Assembly: GCA_965217865.1 (NCBI GenBank)
Contig: CBDCJO010000002.1
Location: forward strand, 5,152,001-5,216,000
Origin: Candidatus Latescibacterota bacterium
GTDB taxonomy: Bacteria; Latescibacterota; UBA2968; SICM01
DNA: 64,000 nucleotides
Direction: 5' to 3'
The notes under the pieces were generated by a model. That model was not told the origin of the DNA. It ran no database searches and was given only the letters and a program-made list of their open reading frames with translations. This document shows, one piece after another, positions 61,215-64,000 of this stretch. The position numbers and the translations under genes were made by a program. Position 1 is the first letter of the stretch. Each line of letters starts with the position of its first letter.

Positions 61215-63082
61215 ATGGGCAGAAAGAGCAGTAGAAAAAAACCGGGTCGCAGGGTCCTATCCACGGGACCGGCCGGGCTCGTGTCGCCTCCCCTCCATAG
61301 AGTAGGACGGCAGGCACTCCTGGATTCCCTGCTGGTCCTGATCATGGAGTTTTGGTCTTCGCCAATTCACTCGGAAACGACTTCGTCTACGACGACATCA
61401 GCATGATCGTTGAGAATTCGCGACTCGACACGCCCGGAAACCTGGAACGCTTCTTCACGACTTCCTATTGGGGCGATGCGATCGCCGGGGACAAGGCCTA
61501 CCGCCCACTGACGGTATGGAGTTTCGCGATCGACCGCTGGCTGTTCGGACCTGGACCGATCGGCATTCACGTCATGAACGTTCTGGCAAACGGGCTTGTT
61601 GGAGCATTAGCCTATCTATTGATTCGAGCACTTACAGGGAATCGTTTCCTGGCGTTTGCCGCCGCTACCCTCTGGGTCATTCATCCGGTCCACACCGAAG
61701 TCGTCGCCAACGGTGTCGGACGGGCCGAGATATACGCCGCCGTGTCGGTTTTGGCAGCTGCGCTCCTTCACCTCAGATGGCAGCGAGGTATTCAGGGTCG
61801 GGAATTCTGGCAGGGTGAAAGGACGACGGATAGGCGACCAAATGTCCGTGGAATTCGGATTTTTCGCGTGTACCTCGGGGGTGCGCTGGTCCTTTACTTC
61901 GTCGGTCTGTTTTTCAAGGAGTCCGCGGTTGTCCTTCCCGGGCTGCTATTTCTCGCTGACTGGCTCATCTGCAGCAGGGGACGGTTTATTCCCGCAATAC
62001 GTCGTTTGAATGTGTACCTTCTCTATTTGATTCCACTGGGGGTTTTCCTGGTCATCCGCCATGGGATCGTCGGTGGCGGGCTGCCTCCCATTCAGGAGGT
62101 CATGGGGCATGCAACTCCCTTCGGCCGTGTGCTCTATTCCAGCGAGACGATGCTGCGTTACATCGGCCAGACCCTGGTTCCGTGGTGGCTTAGCGGGGAG
62201 TACTCAGACTATCGCAACTTCATACGGCCCTCACTCTCGGAACCGATGGTCGTTGCTGCAATCCTGATCTGGATCGGGCTGAGCGTCGCGCTCGTCCGGC
62301 TGTACCGCCGGGGCAACCTGGTTCCGGTATTCGGGGCTCTTTGGTTCTTCCTGAGTATGCTTCCCGTCAGCAACCTCCTGTTCCCGATCGGGACAATCCG
62401 GGCGGACCGTCTGCTCTACTTGCCTTCGCTTGGTATCATGATTGTTGTATCCTGGGCGATGGTGGAACTTGGACGATCGCACCGTCAGGAAGCAATAGCG
62501 GTTTTTACGATCGTGTTGCTTATTTACGCAACCCGGACGGTGGTTCGCAACCGCGACTGGCGGAATCCGGAAGTGTTCTGGACAAAACAGCTCGAGTTGA
62601 ACCCGGGAAGCCCCATCGGCTGGGGCCATATGGGCGACACGTTCAAAAAACTCGGCAAGACGGATCGAGCCGAGGAGGCATATCGCAAGGCGATTGCGTT
62701 GCGCGATGTTCAGGGGCTTTTCTACCCGGAGGCCCACACCAAGGTTGCGAAGATCATGATTTCCCGGGGCGATAGTGCCGGGGCCGAGGCCGAGTACCGT
62801 CTGGTCGTCGAAAAACGGCCTGAGCACTACGTGGCGCTGCTCAATCTCGGCGAACTGCTTTTACACGACCGTTCCACGGTCAATGAGGCCATCCCGCTCC
62901 TAAAAAGAGCAGCCGAGGTCAAAGCCAAGGACTTCCGACCGTATGCAAATCTGTCGCAGGCATATCGAATAGCGGGTGAGTTCGATAACTCCCTGAAGGC
63001 GATTGAATCGGCCATTCAGCTGCGCCCTGACATTCCCACCCTCCGGCAGGTAAAGGCAGAAATCCTTAGCGGGGGAAATTGA
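61215..63082 (+). CDS. TMTC-like GT-C glycosyltransferase with TPR repeats; probable frameshift near 61347 separating the N-terminus
   Basis: NDFVYDD, YRPL, HPVHTEVVA..GRAE, KE, ADRLLYLPS, RNRDW and TPRs; upstream ORF 61215 supplies the basic N-terminus and first TM. Confidence 0.85.
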
Positions 63083-63180
63083 AGATTGAAGATTAAGAAT
63101 GTTGAAGCGAGGTCAATAAGACAACAAGAAAGTCCTTGATTGTTCCAATATTCAATTCTCCGATATTCAATATTCAATGA
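63079..63180. repeat. Heptamer fold-back element, copy 3
   Basis: As 58030-58133; it overlaps the TGA stop of the TMTC-like gene. Confidence 0.85.
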
Positions 63181-63303
63181 TTTTAGGTAGTATTGCGCTC
63201 AGGATGACATATCCTACTTTCATAGGATTTATTTAGTTAGGAGAAAGGACACTGCCGACTTTTCAAGCAGGTCAATCTTAAACGGATTTTGAGAGGAGAC
63301 TTT

Positions 63304-63966
63304 ATGGAAACAACAAAGCCTACGATCGAATGCGCAGAAAACGGACCGTATCTCGTCAAAGGACTTGAAGATCTTCGGACTTCAGAGGAACACCCGATTC
63401 CCACCAAGAAGGTGATGGCCCTGTGCCGATGCGGGGCGTCGGAGAACAAGCCTTTCTGTGATGGCACCCACTCGACGATAGGGTTCAATGGAGAGAAGCA
63501 GGAGGGACGGACCCCTGACCGGCGTGACAGCTACGAAGGCAAAGAGGTCACCCTTCACGACAACCGGAGCTTGTGCTCCCACCGCGGGCATTGCACGGAT
63601 CACGCGGCCACGGTTTGGAAGTTGAAGTCCGAGCCGTGGATCGATCCCGACGGGGCGGGCACGGAGGAGATCATCAAGACCGTACGCATGTGCCCATCAG
63701 GCGCGCTCAGCTATTCGATCGACGGGGTAGAGCATCGCGATATCGAATACGATCCGGCCGTCACAGTCTCAAAGGACGGGCCGTACGAGGTTACGGGCGG
63801 GATCGATTTGCTCGACGTGGAATGGGGTGAGGGTGCTTCTCAGGAGCACTATGCGTTATGCCGTTGCGGAGCGTCGAAGAACAAACCGTTTTGCGACGGG
63901 ACTCACTGGTCGATCGAGTTCAAGGACGAACAGACCGATGCGATTGGGGATCGGCCTTCCGAGTGA
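63304..63966 (+). CDS. CDGSH iron-sulfur protein (CDGSH - divergent 4Fe-4S monocluster - CDGSH)
   Basis: Two LCRCGAS.NKPFCDGTH motifs flanking CSHRGHC..CPSGAL. Confidence 0.92.
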   Translation: METTKPTIECAENGPYLVKGLEDLRTSEEHPIPTKKVMALCRCGASENKPFCDGTHSTIGFNGEKQEGRTPDRRDSYEGKEVTLHDNRSLCSHRGHCTDHAATVWKLKSEPWIDPDGAGTEEIIKTVRMCPSGALSYSIDGVEHRDIEYDPAVTVSKDGPYEVTGGIDLLDVEWGEGASQEHYALCRCGASKNKPFCDGTHWSIEFKDEQTDAIGDRPSE

Positions 63967-64000
63967 GTCGCATCTCCCAAGAGCTTAAGGTAATTGTGTT

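Noticed and set aside
1-64000. tRNA/rRNA genes, including tRNA-Sec
   Set aside because: No cloverleaf or rRNA signature recognised by eye; tRNAscan-SE/Infernal would be needed to exclude them.

Overview
Bacterial chromosomal window. It is GC-rich in coding regions, with AT-rich intergenic spacers crowded with short repeats. The C-terminal 'DFDGDGRIDFDDFFxFAxAFG' EF-hand/dockerin-like tails, the several phytanoyl-CoA dioxygenases and a BNR/sialidase suggest a Latescibacterota-like lineage (inference). Housekeeping genes include comF-like, sucA-sucB-lpdA, a ROK kinase, ssb, a glycogen debranching enzyme and a sigma-70 factor. These are mixed with accessory sugar/redox enzymes, a defective IS3 element and many gene remnants broken by deletions, frameshifts or a nonsense codon. 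Main highlight: a cluster at 35.3-39.9 kb that the ORF track splits at UGA codons. It encodes three thioredoxin-fold selenoproteins (UxxC motifs, each followed by a SECIS-like hairpin, two showing a compensatory base-pair change). Two of them are fused to Ig-like, ASH and dockerin-like surface domains, and the cluster also holds an outer-membrane barrel with a vicinal Cys-Cys tail. Other candidates: a membrane-anchored 2+1 CutA pair behind a putative attenuator/riboswitch, a tandem Tmk-like kinase pair, a pentapeptide-TIR / sigma factor / secreted pentapeptide trio, strand-biased 6-7-mer repeat mosaics at gene breakpoints, and two attC-like hairpins. No rRNA, tRNA or CRISPR array was recognised. 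All family assignments come from motif recognition by eye, not from database searches.
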